Assembly: GCA_963828735.1 (NCBI GenBank)
Contig: CAWHFW010000006.1
Span: 64,001 to 128,000, forward strand
Length of the DNA: 64,000 nucleotides
Direction: 5' to 3'
DNA from: an uncultured Gemmatimonadales bacterium
GTDB taxonomy: Bacteria; Gemmatimonadota; Gemmatimonadetes; Gemmatimonadales; GWC2-71-9
Part shown: piece by piece, positions 29,572 to 39,550 of the stretch
How the letters are laid out: every line of letters starts with the position of its first letter
Position numbering within the stretch: position 1 is the first letter of the stretch
The notes under the pieces: model-generated
The model's input: only the letters and a program-made list of their open reading frames with translations
Databases searched by the model: none
Told to the model about the DNA's origin: nothing
Made by a program: the position numbers and the translations under genes

Positions 29572-30861
29572 ATGCGCTTCACCACCTACAGCAAGTACCA
29601 CCCCGAGCTGGCCGACGCGGTCAACCTCCAGGGATTGCTCGACCAGCTGACGGACTTTCTCCTCCAGAGCGGGTTCGCCGGCGGCTCGCCCTCGTTCTGG
29701 CACGACGAGATGCCGGACGGCGAGCGCTCCATGGACGCCCTGCGGCAGGCCATCCTGCAGGCGCTGATCGACTCGGGGCAGCTCACGCCCGACATGCTCA
29801 AGACGCTTCGTGGCGAGTCGACCGGCGACGCGGCGCACGACAAGGCGCTCGAGGGCCAGCTCGGCGAGCTGCTGGACAAGATCGTCCAGCGCCTGATCGA
29901 CGAGGGCTACCTGAACGTCACCCAGGCGCCGCAGGTGCCCCAGGGCTACCAGTCCATGTTCGGCCCCGGCGGCCAGGCCCGCTCGGCGGCGCAGCAGGTG
30001 CAATTCAACCTGACCGAGAAGGGCATCGATTTCCTCGGCTACAAGACGCTCAAGAATTTGCTCGGGAGCGTCGGCAAGTCGAGCTTCGGCGCGCACGACA
30101 CGCCCTATCTGGCGACGGGCGTCGAGGCCGAGGGCGTGAGCAAGCCATACGAGTTCGGCGACGTGCTCAACCTGGACGTCCCGGCCACGCTCACCAACGC
30201 GATCGCGCGCGAAGGGCTGGGCGTCCCGCTCAACATCGAGTACGCCGACCTGATGGTGAGCCAGAGCGAGTACCGCTCGAGCTCGGCGACGGTCCTCATG
30301 CTCGACTGCTCGCACTCGATGATCCTCTATGGCGAGGACCGCTTCACGCCGGCCAAGAAGGTCGCGCTCGCGCTCACGCACCTCATCCGCACTCAGTTTC
30401 CCGGAGACAGCCTTCGAGTCGTGCTGTTCCACGACTCCGCGGAAGAGATCCCGCTGAGCGCCCTGGCGACCGCGCAGGTCGGACCGTACCACACGAACAC
30501 GGCCGAAGGGCTCAAGCTGGCGCGCCGGCTGCTGCTCGCGCAGAAGAAGGACATGCGGCAGATCATCATGATCACCGACGGCAAGCCGTCGGCCCTCACG
30601 ATGGCGGATGGGCGGATCTACGTGAACTCGATGGGGCTCGATCCGCAGATCCTGCAGGCGACGTACCGCGAGGTGGCCAACTGCCGCCGCAGCGGCATCA
30701 TGATCAACACGTTCATGCTGGCGCGCGACCGGAGCCTGGTCGAGTTCGTGAAGCACGTGGCGTCGATCTGCAAGGGCAAGGCGTACTTCACGAACACGAT
30801 GACGCTGGGGCAGTTCATCCTGATGGACTTCATGAAGCGAAAGACGCGACGGGTCAGCTGA
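29572..30861 (+). CDS. VWA domain protein
   Basis: AGGAG RBS; MIDAS DCSHSM, TNT, ITDG. Confidence 0.9.
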   Translation: MRFTTYSKYHPELADAVNLQGLLDQLTDFLLQSGFAGGSPSFWHDEMPDGERSMDALRQAILQALIDSGQLTPDMLKTLRGESTGDAAHDKALEGQLGELLDKIVQRLIDEGYLNVTQAPQVPQGYQSMFGPGGQARSAAQQVQFNLTEKGIDFLGYKTLKNLLGSVGKSSFGAHDTPYLATGVEAEGVSKPYEFGDVLNLDVPATLTNAIAREGLGVPLNIEYADLMVSQSEYRSSSATVLMLDCSHSMILYGEDRFTPAKKVALALTHLIRTQFPGDSLRVVLFHDSAEEIPLSALATAQVGPYHTNTAEGLKLARRLLLAQKKDMRQIIMITDGKPSALTMADGRIYVNSMGLDPQILQATYREVANCRRSGIMINTFMLARDRSLVEFVKHVASICKGKAYFTNTMTLGQFILMDFMKRKTRRVS

Positions 30862-30894
30862 TCGGACGTCTGAGTCGCATAACAGGTCACAAAT

Positions 30895-30931
30895 GAGAGG
30901 CCGCTCCATCGGTGATATGGAGCGGCCTCTC
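30895..30931 (+). terminator. Hairpin, probable terminator
   Basis: GAGAGGCCGCTCCAT-7 nt-ATGGAGCGGCCTCTC. Confidence 0.7.
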
Positions 30932-31117
30932 TCTTGCTACATCGAGGCGTTAGCTTGCTACGACTTATAGCTCTCGGTCAGTTCATCGACCTAAAGGACT
31001 GGACTGTCCGGTGCCAATCATCTCAAAGGAGGGCATCGAGGGACTAGGCGGCGAGACCTGCAGCGAGCAGGTCTGCACGACGGGATAGGGCGGTCACTTG
31101 CCCGCCCCCGTGCCAGC

Positions 31118-31969
31118 CTACCACGAACAGCCCATCCCCGTCGGACCCATCGGCATCCCCATAGCTTGCGCCTGCAGACCCATGAGCCGGTGCATGCGGT
31201 CAGCGTGGGCCTGCATCCTCGACCTCAGGCTGTCGTCCTGGAGTTTGGGCATCTCGGCCATGTCTCGCGTCACAGAGTCGCGGAGTGCCTTCCACTCGGG
31301 ACTCGGGGCGACGCCACGGGCGTGCATGTTGGCCGTCATCGCGCTCATCATCTGGGACGACATCTGGCTGTGCATTGCCCACATCCGTTGGCGTTGCTGA
31401 GCGGACCACGATCCGGCAGAGTCCACCGCCCAGCATCCGCCTGGCATGGTTGCCCATCCGCCACCGGGCATCATGCCCATGCCCAGCACCATCATGCGGC
31501 GCATGCGCTCGATGTGCGCTTGCGAAAGGGCCGCGAGGTCCTTTCCTGAGAGGCCCGGCATCGTCGAGAGGTCATTCTGGATCGAGTCATGCAACGAGGT
31601 CCAGGGCGAACCTGGTGCCATCCAGGCGCCGTTAGTGATCCTCCCTGGACCCATCATCCCGTGGCCCATCATGCCGGTTGGTCCCATCATCTGCAGCATG
31701 CGCCCAGCCATCTGCTGATGGACCGCCATCATCTGCTGCATCTGTGCCGGTGACCACCGCGCCATCGAGTCCAGGTGCATCCACATCATGGGCATGAAGC
31801 TGATGGCTTGGCTATCGACCGGCGGTCTCTGTGTGAGCGTGGCGCTGTCTTGACCCGCTGCAGTGGTTGGGGCTTGAGAAATTTCCTGAGGGGGGCTGCT
31901 GCCTCGCCGACACCCAGCGAACGGGGGCAGAAGCGCGAGGCACAGTATCATCGTCGCATGCGCTTTCAT
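31118..31969 (-). CDS. Met/His-rich lipoprotein with two internal repeats, putative metal binding
   Basis: FAGC lipobox; very Met-rich; duplicated helical unit; GGAG RBS. Confidence 0.75.
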   Translation of the reverse strand: MKAHATMILCLALLPPFAGCRRGSSPPQEISQAPTTAAGQDSATLTQRPPVDSQAISFMPMMWMHLDSMARWSPAQMQQMMAVHQQMAGRMLQMMGPTGMMGHGMMGPGRITNGAWMAPGSPWTSLHDSIQNDLSTMPGLSGKDLAALSQAHIERMRRMMVLGMGMMPGGGWATMPGGCWAVDSAGSWSAQQRQRMWAMHSQMSSQMMSAMTANMHARGVAPSPEWKALRDSVTRDMAEMPKLQDDSLRSRMQAHADRMHRLMGLQAQAMGMPMGPTGMGCSW

Positions 31970-32076
31970 CGTGATCTCCAGGCCGTTGGCACCGCGATGT
32001 TCGCGGTCGGTCCGTTGGTGGTTTCGGTGGTCAGGACGGCGCTGGAACCGGCGCTGCGGCCCAGCGGCACACTGGA

Positions 32077-32424
32077 CTAGGGAACGGGAGGTCTTGGGTC
32101 CGGCGCAGTCGCAAGGATTTGGGGCAGTTCAATGCTCCGCCGGGGCAAGACAGTGGTCGGTAGCGGGGACCACGTGAACACGGTCCGGCCGAGCGGCAAC
32201 ACCAGGCCGCTATGGCACCCACAGCGATCCACAGCGCGGGCTGGATGCCGCGTGAGGGTCTGTGTGGTGACAACGGCGGGGACGGTCCGAGGGGCAGTCG
32301 ACAGCTGTCTTGGAGACCGGCCGGTGTGAAGCACGGCGGCGTCTACGGCGTCAGCGTTCAGACACCACGTCACGAGGAACAGGGTCAACCACCGAAGTGG
32401 CGCAGCAGCAGCCCAAGAGCGCAT
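32077..32424 (-). CDS. CutF/CruR (DUF2946)-like leader peptide
   Basis: N-terminal hydrophobic segment, CGCH motif, Pro-rich C-terminus APDPRPPVP; 107 nt upstream of the Met-rich gene. Confidence 0.55.
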   Translation of the reverse strand: MRSWAAAAPLRWLTLFLVTWCLNADAVDAAVLHTGRSPRQLSTAPRTVPAVVTTQTLTRHPARAVDRCGCHSGLVLPLGRTVFTWSPLPTTVLPRRSIELPQILATAPDPRPPVP

Positions 32425-32600
32425 GTTCCAAATGTATGGGTGCGGGCCACCAAGGCGTCATGAGCAAGTCGTGAAGGTTTATTCATGACTGCCCCTTGAG
32501 TGAGTCAAGCAGGTCGTCTCTAAGTTCGTTTGGACTTGTAAGCTGGTGTAGCTGTCCAGCGCACGGTTCTCGGGGCCGGCCTGACTCTGGACATCTGCTC

Positions 32601-32628
32601 TTGACTGATCAACCGTTCTTGATATATT
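32601..32628 (+). promoter_or_regulatory. arsR promoter with ArsR operator
   Basis: TTGACT-16-TATATT; ATCAA-N6-TTGAT at 32608-32623. Confidence 0.75.
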
Positions 32629-32635
32629 AGAACTC

Positions 32636-32959
32636 ATGGCCACCCGCACCCACACCGACCTCCCGCGCGCTGCTGAGTTGTTCCACGCCCTGTCTGACCA
32701 AACACGGCTGTCGATCCTCCAGCGCCTGCGCCTGGGTGAACGGTGCGTCTGCGACCTCACGGACGCGCTCGACGCCGCCCAGTCGCGGCTGTCGTTTCAC
32801 CTGAAGGTGCTGAAGGAGGCCGGTCTGGTGACCGACCGTCGGGAAGGTCGCTGGATGTACTACACTCTCAACACCGATGCCCTGGCTGAAGTGACCGAGC
32901 TGGTCGAGGCCATGGCCTCCGCTCCGACTGCAGCGGAGCGCCGGACCGGCTGCTGTTGA
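32636..32959 (+). CDS. arsR: ArsR/SmtB family repressor
   Basis: FHALSDQTRL, ERCVCDL, QSRLSFHLKVLKEAGLV, C-terminal CC. Confidence 0.93.
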   Translation: MATRTHTDLPRAAELFHALSDQTRLSILQRLRLGERCVCDLTDALDAAQSRLSFHLKVLKEAGLVTDRREGRWMYYTLNTDALAEVTELVEAMASAPTAAERRTGCC

Positions 32960-32971
32960 GTAACCCTTTTT

Positions 32972-32998
32972 TTGACAAACACATCAACCTTTTTTGAT
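32972..32998 (+). promoter_or_regulatory. Second ArsR operator upstream of arsM
   Basis: ATCAA-CCTTTT-TTGAT (32983-32998), preceded by TTGACA. Confidence 0.7.
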
Positions 32999-33007
32999 GA
33001 GGGCCAA

Positions 33008-33895
33008 ATGAGTACCAAGGACATCAAGAGCACGGTGCGAGAGCGCTACGGCCAGGCAGCGCTGCGAGTGGCCACCGGGTCGAAGACGAGTTGCTGCGGC
33101 GGCGGGTCGTGTAGTACCTCGACGCAGGACCCGATTACCTCCAATCTCTATACGGATGCCGAGACGGCCACGTTGCCTGCCGAGGCAGTGTTGGCTTCGC
33201 TGGGCTGCGGTAACCCGACTGCCTTGGCCGAGCTGCACGAGGGCGAAGTGGTGCTCGACCTGGGTTCTGGCGGTGGTATCGACGTGCTGCTGTCGGCCCG
33301 CCGCGTCGGGCCGACCGGCAAGGCGTACGGCCTCGACATGACCGACGAGATGCTGGCCCTCGCCCGCGAGAATCAGCGGAAGGCAGGCGTCGAAAACGTC
33401 GAGTTCCTCAAGGGCGATATCGAGGCCATCCCGCTGCCCGATGCCTCGGTGGACGTAATCATCTCCAACTGCGTCATCAACCTCTCCGGCGACAAGCGGA
33501 AGGTGATCGCCGAGGCATTCCGTGTGCTCAAGCCGGGCGGCCGGTTCGCGGTGTCGGACGTCGTGATCCGGGGCGAGGTTCCGGCCCAGGTCCGCTCGAG
33601 TATGGAGCTGTGGGTCGGGTGCGTGGCCGGAGCGTTGACCGAGCAGGACTTCCATTCGCTGCTGTGGGAATCCGGGTTCGAGACGATCGATATCGAGCCC
33701 ACCCGCGTCTACGAGTTCGAGGACGCCAAGGCATTCCTTGTCGGTGCTGGCTTGGACACGGAGGTGCTCGCCCACGAGGTCGGAGGCCGAGTCATGGGCG
33801 CGTTCGTCCGCGCGACCAAGCCGGTGGCCGACCCCGCGCTGGCGGAAGGCGCTCTGCCCTCACGGTCGTGCTGCGGCCCCGAGTGCTGCGCATAA
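33008..33895 (+). CDS. arsM: Arsenite S-adenosylmethyltransferase
   Basis: [34 protein letters not shown]; Cys-rich termini. Confidence 0.95.
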   Translation: MSTKDIKSTVRERYGQAALRVATGSKTSCCGGGSCSTSTQDPITSNLYTDAETATLPAEAVLASLGCGNPTALAELHEGEVVLDLGSGGGIDVLLSARRVGPTGKAYGLDMTDEMLALARENQRKAGVENVEFLKGDIEAIPLPDASVDVIISNCVINLSGDKRKVIAEAFRVLKPGGRFAVSDVVIRGEVPAQVRSSMELWVGCVAGALTEQDFHSLLWESGFETIDIEPTRVYEFEDAKAFLVGAGLDTEVLAHEVGGRVMGAFVRATKPVADPALAEGALPSRSCCGPECCA

Positions 33896-33920
33896 CATCG
33901 GTCGAGACCCCGGAGGCATC

Positions 33921-34403
33921 ATGACGGACACGCATGCGGAAGCCATCTCGACCCCGGATCACCGGTGCGTGACGCTGAGACGGGCCGGAGCGGCCGACTA
34001 CGAGGCGGTCGCGGTGCTGCTCCGCACCCTCAAGCTGCCCACCGACGGTGTTGCCGACTGGGTCGACCAGTTCTGGCTCGGGGAGCATGCGGGCGCGGTC
34101 GTTGGGGTGGCCGGGATGGAGCGCTACGGGGGCGCCGGGTTGCTCCGCTCGGTGGCCGTGGCTCCCGACTGGCAGGGTAGCGGCATCGGCCGGGCGCTAG
34201 TGGATCGGGTGCTCGAAGACGGTCGCGCCGCCGGTGTGCAGGACGTCTATCTGCTCACGACCACGGCCGAGCACTACTTCCCACGCCTCGGGTTCGCGTG
34301 CGTGGACCGCGAGTCCGTCCCGCCGTCCGTGCGGGCGTCAGCGGAGTTCACGGGAGCCTGTCCGGCGTCTGCGGTGGTCATGCGGAAGGCCGGAACCAAC
34401 TAG
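33921..34403 (+). CDS. arsN2: Arsenic resistance N-acetyltransferase ArsN2-like GNAT
   Basis: LLRSVAV, YLLTTTAEHYFPRLGF, EFTGACPASAVVM; within the ars operon. Confidence 0.85.
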   Translation: MTDTHAEAISTPDHRCVTLRRAGAADYEAVAVLLRTLKLPTDGVADWVDQFWLGEHAGAVVGVAGMERYGGAGLLRSVAVAPDWQGSGIGRALVDRVLEDGRAAGVQDVYLLTTTAEHYFPRLGFACVDRESVPPSVRASAEFTGACPASAVVMRKAGTN

Positions 34404-34426
34404 CGATATCAGGTCAGGAGGCCAAC

Positions 34427-34952
34427 GTGCAGGCGAACGACAAGGCGTACCGGGTCCTGTTCCTGTGCACCGGCAACTCGGCACGGAGCCAAATGGCCGA
34501 GGCGTGTCCTGAACCGGAAGGGGCAAGGCCGGTTTCGGGCGGAGAGCGCGGGCTCGACCCCAGCGGCTCGGGTGAACCCGCATGCGATTCAGACGCTGGC
34601 CGAGAGCGGCATCGAGTGGGTGGGCCACCCACCGCGTGGATTGACCGGCCTGGATCGCGAGCGGTGGGACTTCGTCATCACCGTCTGCGACCGGGCCAGG
34701 GAAGCGTGTCCCGTGTTCCCGGGGCAACCGATCCTGGCGCATTGGGGCATGCCCGACCCCGCAGCCGTCGAAGGGGAGGAGGCCGCGCGGCGGGCGGCAT
34801 TCGTCGATGCCCTGACGCTGATCAGCCGCCGCGTCGACCTGCTGCTCGCGCTACCGGTCGAGAAGCTGGACAGGCTCATCGTCGAGGCCCAGGTCCAGGC
34901 CATCGGTGAGGTGGGGACGGCGACTACCGTCGATGGGGATTCCCGGACGTGA
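34427..34952 (+). CDS. arsC: Arsenate reductase (LMW-PTP family), frameshifted near 34505
   Basis: VLFLCTGNSARSQMAEA, then after an indel SAG..VNP, VITVCD, CPVFPG, HWGMPDP. Confidence 0.88.
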
Positions 34953-35723
34953 GGTACGCGCTCATATCCGACATTCACGCCAATTTGCCCGCGCTCAAGG
35001 CGGTCCACGCGGACACTCTGCGGCGGAACATCGGGACGGTGTACCATCTCGGTGACCTCGTGGGCTACGCGCCGTGGCCCGACGAGACGGTGGCCATGAT
35101 TGCCGCGCTGGGAATCCCTGGGGTGGCGGGCAACTACGACTCGACCGTCGCCACGGACTACAAGCATTGCGGCTGCCGCTACGAAGACCCGCACCAGGAG
35201 GAGCTGTCGCACCTCAGCTACGACTGGACCCGTCGGCACGTGTCGGCCAAGACCAAGGCGTACCTGGGCGGTCTCCCCTTCCGCATCGACCTGCTCCCCA
35301 ACGGCGGCCACTTGGCGGGACCACGGGTCGTGCTGGTTCATGGCACGCCGACGCTCAACACGGTCTACTGGACCGAGGAGCGGCCCGATGAGTTCTGCCT
35401 CAAGATGGCGAACCATGCCGGAATGAAACCGGGAGATGTGATCGCCTTCGGCCACACCCACAAGCCCTGGCATCGGGAGGTGGGCGGCGATGCACTTCGT
35501 GAATACCGGGAGTGTGGGGCGGCCCAAGGACGGCGACTGGCGCGCCGGGTACGTCGTTCTGGATGTCGGTCAGGGACCACCGGCCATCGAGTTCGTCCGG
35601 GTTGAGTACGACCTGGACGAGGCCATGAGGGCCATGCGAGCTAGCGAGCTTCCCGACGAGTTCGCGGAGTACCTACGCACCGGGGGCCAGCCGACGGCCA
35701 CCGTTTCACCCGAGTCGACGTGA
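34949..35723 (+). CDS. Metallophosphoesterase (YfcE-like), frameshifted near 35488
   Basis: SDIHAN, LGDLVGY, GNYD, VHG, FGHTH, then NTGSVGRPKDGD in the next frame. Confidence 0.88.
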
Positions 35724-36457
35724 TGCATCCGACAGCCACGCGGCGACTGGCGGCGGAGGCAATCGGTACGTTCTTCCTGGTGCTCATCGGACCGGGCGCG
35801 GTCATGGTGGATGCCTACAGCGGCGGGGCCATTGGCCACGTCGGCGTGGCTCTCGCCTTCGCATTCGTGGTGACCGCCATGGTCTACGCTATAGGCCACC
35901 TCTCGGGTGCGCACATCAACCCTGCGGTCACGCTTGGCTTCTGGTCTGTCCGACGGTTCCCGGCGGGTGAGGTGATCCCGTATGTCATGGCCCAGTGCGC
36001 CGGGGCGGTCGCGGCCTCGACCGTCCTTCGGGGCGCGCTGGGCTCAGTGGGGTCCATGGGTGCCACCCTGCCCCAGGTTCCGACCAGCGCGGCCTTCCTG
36101 ATCGAATGGCTGCTGTCGTTCGGCCTGATGTTCGTGATCATGGCGGTGGCGACCGACGAGCGGGTGGCCGACGGCTTCGCTCCGCTGGCCGTTGGCGTCA
36201 CGGTGGGGTTCTGCGCGATGATGGGCGGTCCGCTGACCGGCGCCAGCATGAACCCAGCGCGTTCGTTCGGCCCGGCCCTAGTGGGCGGGCTCTGGACCAC
36301 GCATTGGTTGTACTGGTTGGCTCCGATCACCGGAATGGTGGGGGCCGCCCGATTGTATGACCTACTGCGCGCCACGGCACCCCCAAGCATGACGCGTCAG
36401 GCAACAATCGGCGGCATCCAAGGCCCCATCGCCGAGGTGAAGCAGCCGACTGAGTAA
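35720..36457 (+). CDS. MIP family channel (aquaporin/aquaglyceroporin)
   Basis: SGAHINPAVT and GASMNPARS motifs. Confidence 0.93.
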   Translation: MMHPTATRRLAAEAIGTFFLVLIGPGAVMVDAYSGGAIGHVGVALAFAFVVTAMVYAIGHLSGAHINPAVTLGFWSVRRFPAGEVIPYVMAQCAGAVAASTVLRGALGSVGSMGATLPQVPTSAAFLIEWLLSFGLMFVIMAVATDERVADGFAPLAVGVTVGFCAMMGGPLTGASMNPARSFGPALVGGLWTTHWLYWLAPITGMVGAARLYDLLRATAPPSMTRQATIGGIQGPIAEVKQPTE

Positions 36458-36636
36458 AGGCCTCCCGAGCCATCGCCCTATGGGCCCACGCCGCCGGGGT
36501 TATCTTCCCTCAGCGGCACCCCCGCCCTCCCTTGATCATGTCATTGCGCCGCAACGGCTTCCACACCGCGGGAGACCTCGATGAATCGTGGGACATCATT
36601 CCCCTTCGCCTGATGCGGCGCCCCACCTAGTCCCTG

Positions 36637-37044
36637 GTGCGCGCCACTTCTTTCCTCGCGCTCTTCGCGGGCCTCGGCGCCGCAGGCCTTCCGGCCTGCG
36701 GGCATCCCTCCGCCGGCGCCGCAGCGAGCCCGCTGGAAGGACGCGTGATCCGGGCGAGCCAGGCGCCGATCGTCGGTCTGACCGACGTCTTCACCGAGGA
36801 CACGTTGCTCGGCAAGCCCGTGCGGGTGCTGGGGTGGTGTGCGGGGGCTCCCGGGATCCTGGTGGGCCGTCGGCTTGGAGCATGGTTCCTGGCGACACCC
36901 GACACGATGGTCGAGGTTCGCGGCCTGGTGCCACCCGAGTGCAAGGCCGCGGAGGTGCAGCAGACGCTGCTGCTCCTGTTCGCCCAGGTGGTTGTGGCCA
37001 CGCCGGACAGCACCGAGCGGCTGTTGCTCAGGCTGCCGGACTGA
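36637..37044 (+). CDS. Hypothetical lipoprotein
   Basis: LPAC lipobox-like N-terminus; no recognised domain. Confidence 0.5.
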   Translation: MRATSFLALFAGLGAAGLPACGHPSAGAAASPLEGRVIRASQAPIVGLTDVFTEDTLLGKPVRVLGWCAGAPGILVGRRLGAWFLATPDTMVEVRGLVPPECKAAEVQQTLLLLFAQVVVATPDSTERLLLRLPD

Positions 37045-37093
37045 GCTGACGAAGGGCGATTGCCGATGAGTATGGTTGTCTGAGGCCCGCACC

Positions 37094-37825
37094 ATGAGCC
37101 ATCCTTCCGTCCAGATGAGCGGCCCGTATCACTCCCACCCCTCGCTCGCCCGAGCCATCAGCACCTGCGAGCGCTGCCCGCGGCTCCGCGCCCACTGCCG
37201 CGAGATCGCGCGCGTGAAGAAGCGGGAGTTCGCGAACGAGGAGTACTGGGCGCGGCCGGTGCCCGGCCTCGGCGATCCGAAGGCGCGCCTCCTCATCATC
37301 GGCCTCGCGCCGGCCGCGCACGGGGCCAACCGCACCGGCCAGCTCTTCACCGGCGACTCGAGCGGCAGCTGGCTCTATGAGGCCCTGCACCGCTTCGGCT
37401 GGGCGAACCAGCCCAACTCGCTCCGCCGCGACGACGGGCTGGTGCTCACCGACTGCTGGATCACCGCCGCGGCGCATTGCGCCCCGCCCGACAACAAGCC
37501 GACGCGCGAGGAGCTCGACCGCTGTCGCCCATACCTCGAGGCGGAGCTCCACCTTCTGAAAGACGTCCGGGTCGTGCTCGCCCTCGGGCGCATCGGCTGG
37601 GAGACGTGGCTGCGCGCGGCCGGCTGGTGGGATCGATTGCCCGTGAGGGACCGGCCGCCGTTCGGGCACGACCGTGAGGCCACGCTACCGGACGGCACGG
37701 TGCTGGTCACGTCCTTCCACCCCAGCCGCCAGAACACGAATACGGGAAAGTTGACCCGGCAGATGTGGTACGCGGTGTTCGAGCGGATCAGGCGGAGAGC
37801 GGGAGCAGCAGGCAGCGATCACTGA
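37094..37825 (+). CDS. Uracil-DNA glycosylase family 5 (UdgB-like)
   Basis: CERCPRL, GLAPAAHGANRTG, FTGD, CAPPDNKP, HPSRQNT. Confidence 0.92.
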   Translation: MSHPSVQMSGPYHSHPSLARAISTCERCPRLRAHCREIARVKKREFANEEYWARPVPGLGDPKARLLIIGLAPAAHGANRTGQLFTGDSSGSWLYEALHRFGWANQPNSLRRDDGLVLTDCWITAAAHCAPPDNKPTREELDRCRPYLEAELHLLKDVRVVLALGRIGWETWLRAAGWWDRLPVRDRPPFGHDREATLPDGTVLVTSFHPSRQNTNTGKLTRQMWYAVFERIRRRAGAAGSDH

Positions 37826-37844
37826 CTCGGCGGTGACTTCACGC

Positions 37845-37878
37845 GCGCGGGGGCGAGCCGCCGAGCTCGCCCCCGCGC
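37845..37878. terminator. Hairpin between convergent genes
   Basis: GCGCGGGGGCGAGC-6 nt-GCTCGCCCCCGCGC. Confidence 0.6.
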
Positions 37879-37898
37879 CGAGGTTCCCTTCCCGATCT

Positions 37899-39368
37899 TC
37901 ACCCCGTCGTCGTCCGACCTCCCACGACCCGCTTGACCGTGCGCCCCGCGGGAATCGTCGCGGTCGGCGATTCGATCTCGTTGATGACCGCGAGCTCCGC
38001 GATCGGGATGCTCGACGGATACTGCTGGTTGAACTGCTCCAGCGTCATCTGTCGCTGCAGCTTCACCAGCTCGACCTTGGCCGGCTGCACGTTGAGCGCC
38101 GCCTGGTTCCGGAGCGCGCTGAAGCTGCCGATCGACTGCCGGAAGGCCTGGTCGTACTGGGTGAGCTTGCCGGCCGGCGTGTAGGCCAGAATGCCGTACG
38201 TGTTGCCGTTGTACGAGAGGAACGTCACGAGCCCCTGCACCGAGCCCTGTTCGGTCTGTGCCTGGAAATAGCCCGAGGCCGCGGGCAGGCCGTTCACGCT
38301 CGCGGTCGAGGTGTTCCCCGCCTGCACGCCCTGCTGCGACAGGAACTGTTGGGCCGCCTGCTGTGGCGAGGTCTTCCCGGCCAGGCTGAGCTGCATGATC
38401 GCATCCTGCTCCGGGCTGCCCGCGATGACGGCGTTCGCGCCGTTCTGCGTCTTCCAGCCCTGCGGGAAGGTGATCTGGAATCGCAGATCGGGGTGGTAGA
38501 ATGCGGCCCCCTCGAAGAAGCCCTGCCGCGGGTCCTCGCCGTAGGTCATGTTCTGCACGTGCTGCAGGTACTGGTCGCGATTCACGACCGCCTTGCTCAG
38601 GTCGTGATGCAGCGTGTCGAGCCGCTGCTGGGTGTTCTGGATGCGGGTGCCCGGGTCGGGGTGGGTCGAGAGCCACTCGGGCAGCTTGCCGCCACCGGCC
38701 AGCTCGCTCGTCCGCTCGAGCGTCTGGAACACGTTGGCCATCTCGCGCACGTCGTAGTTCTGGTTGAGCGCGTAGCGGAAGCCCGCCTGGTCGGCCTGGT
38801 TCTCGGCGTCGCGGCTGTACTTGAGGAAGAGCACCTGGAGCCCCTGGCTCGCGAGCCCCGCGACCCGCGCGATGTCGCTCGAGACGATGCTGCCCACGCC
38901 GAGGCCGACCTGGGCAATCTCCGCCTTGCTGATCTGCTGGACCGTATGCCGGTTGGTGACGTGCCCGATCTCGTGGCCGACCACGGTGGCCAGCTCCGCC
39001 TCGTCGTTGATCGAGGTCATGAGCCCGCGGGTCACGTAGATGAATCCCCCGGGCAACGCGAACGCGTTGACGGAGGCGTCGTTCACGACGTGGAATTCCC
39101 ACGGCAGGTTGGGGCGCTCGGAGGCCTTCGCCATCCGGAGCCCGATCTGGGAGACGTACTGCTGCACGGCGGGGTCGTTGTAGAAGCCGATCGACTGCGC
39201 CACGTCCTGCGCCGACTGCTTGCCCATCTCGATCTCCTGCGACTCCGAGACCAGGGCGAGCTCGTTCTTTCCGGTCACCGGATTGCGCGCGCAGCCGCTC
39301 GGCGCGAGCACGAGCGCGCCGGCGAGCAGGAGCCTGGACAGCGGAACGACAACCAGACGACGCGACAT
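37899..39368 (-). CDS. M48 family metalloprotease lipoprotein
   Basis: CARNPVTGK, NAFALPGG, HEIGH, YSRDAE, STHP. Confidence 0.92.
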   Translation of the reverse strand: MSRRLVVVPLSRLLLAGALVLAPSGCARNPVTGKNELALVSESQEIEMGKQSAQDVAQSIGFYNDPAVQQYVSQIGLRMAKASERPNLPWEFHVVNDASVNAFALPGGFIYVTRGLMTSINDEAELATVVGHEIGHVTNRHTVQQISKAEIAQVGLGVGSIVSSDIARVAGLASQGLQVLFLKYSRDAENQADQAGFRYALNQNYDVREMANVFQTLERTSELAGGGKLPEWLSTHPDPGTRIQNTQQRLDTLHHDLSKAVVNRDQYLQHVQNMTYGEDPRQGFFEGAAFYHPDLRFQITFPQGWKTQNGANAVIAGSPEQDAIMQLSLAGKTSPQQAAQQFLSQQGVQAGNTSTASVNGLPAASGYFQAQTEQGSVQGLVTFLSYNGNTYGILAYTPAGKLTQYDQAFRQSIGSFSALRNQAALNVQPAKVELVKLQRQMTLEQFNQQYPSSIPIAELAVINEIESPTATIPAGRTVKRVVGGRTTTG

Positions 39369-39550
39369 GTGGACTCCTCTGTGCACGGTCAATCCGCCGA
39401 GGACCTCACCTCACGACCAATTTACGGCCAAATGGCTGCGAGGCTGTGACGTGCGTCGCGGGGTCATGATGACACGAGTGAGCGAGCGGGCGGCACCCGT
39501 GTAAGGTATTGGTCGGTATGAGTTTGTGAGAATCCAGGCAGAGCCAGCCG

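Noticed and set aside
27568..30909. Overlapping 1097-aa and 909-aa ORFs on opposite strands
   Set aside because: N-terminal extensions are antisense shadows; the real genes are MFS 28180-29478 and VWA 29572-30861.
30932..36600. Mobile element carrying the ars island
   Set aside because: No integrase, transposase, tRNA or flanking direct repeats were seen.
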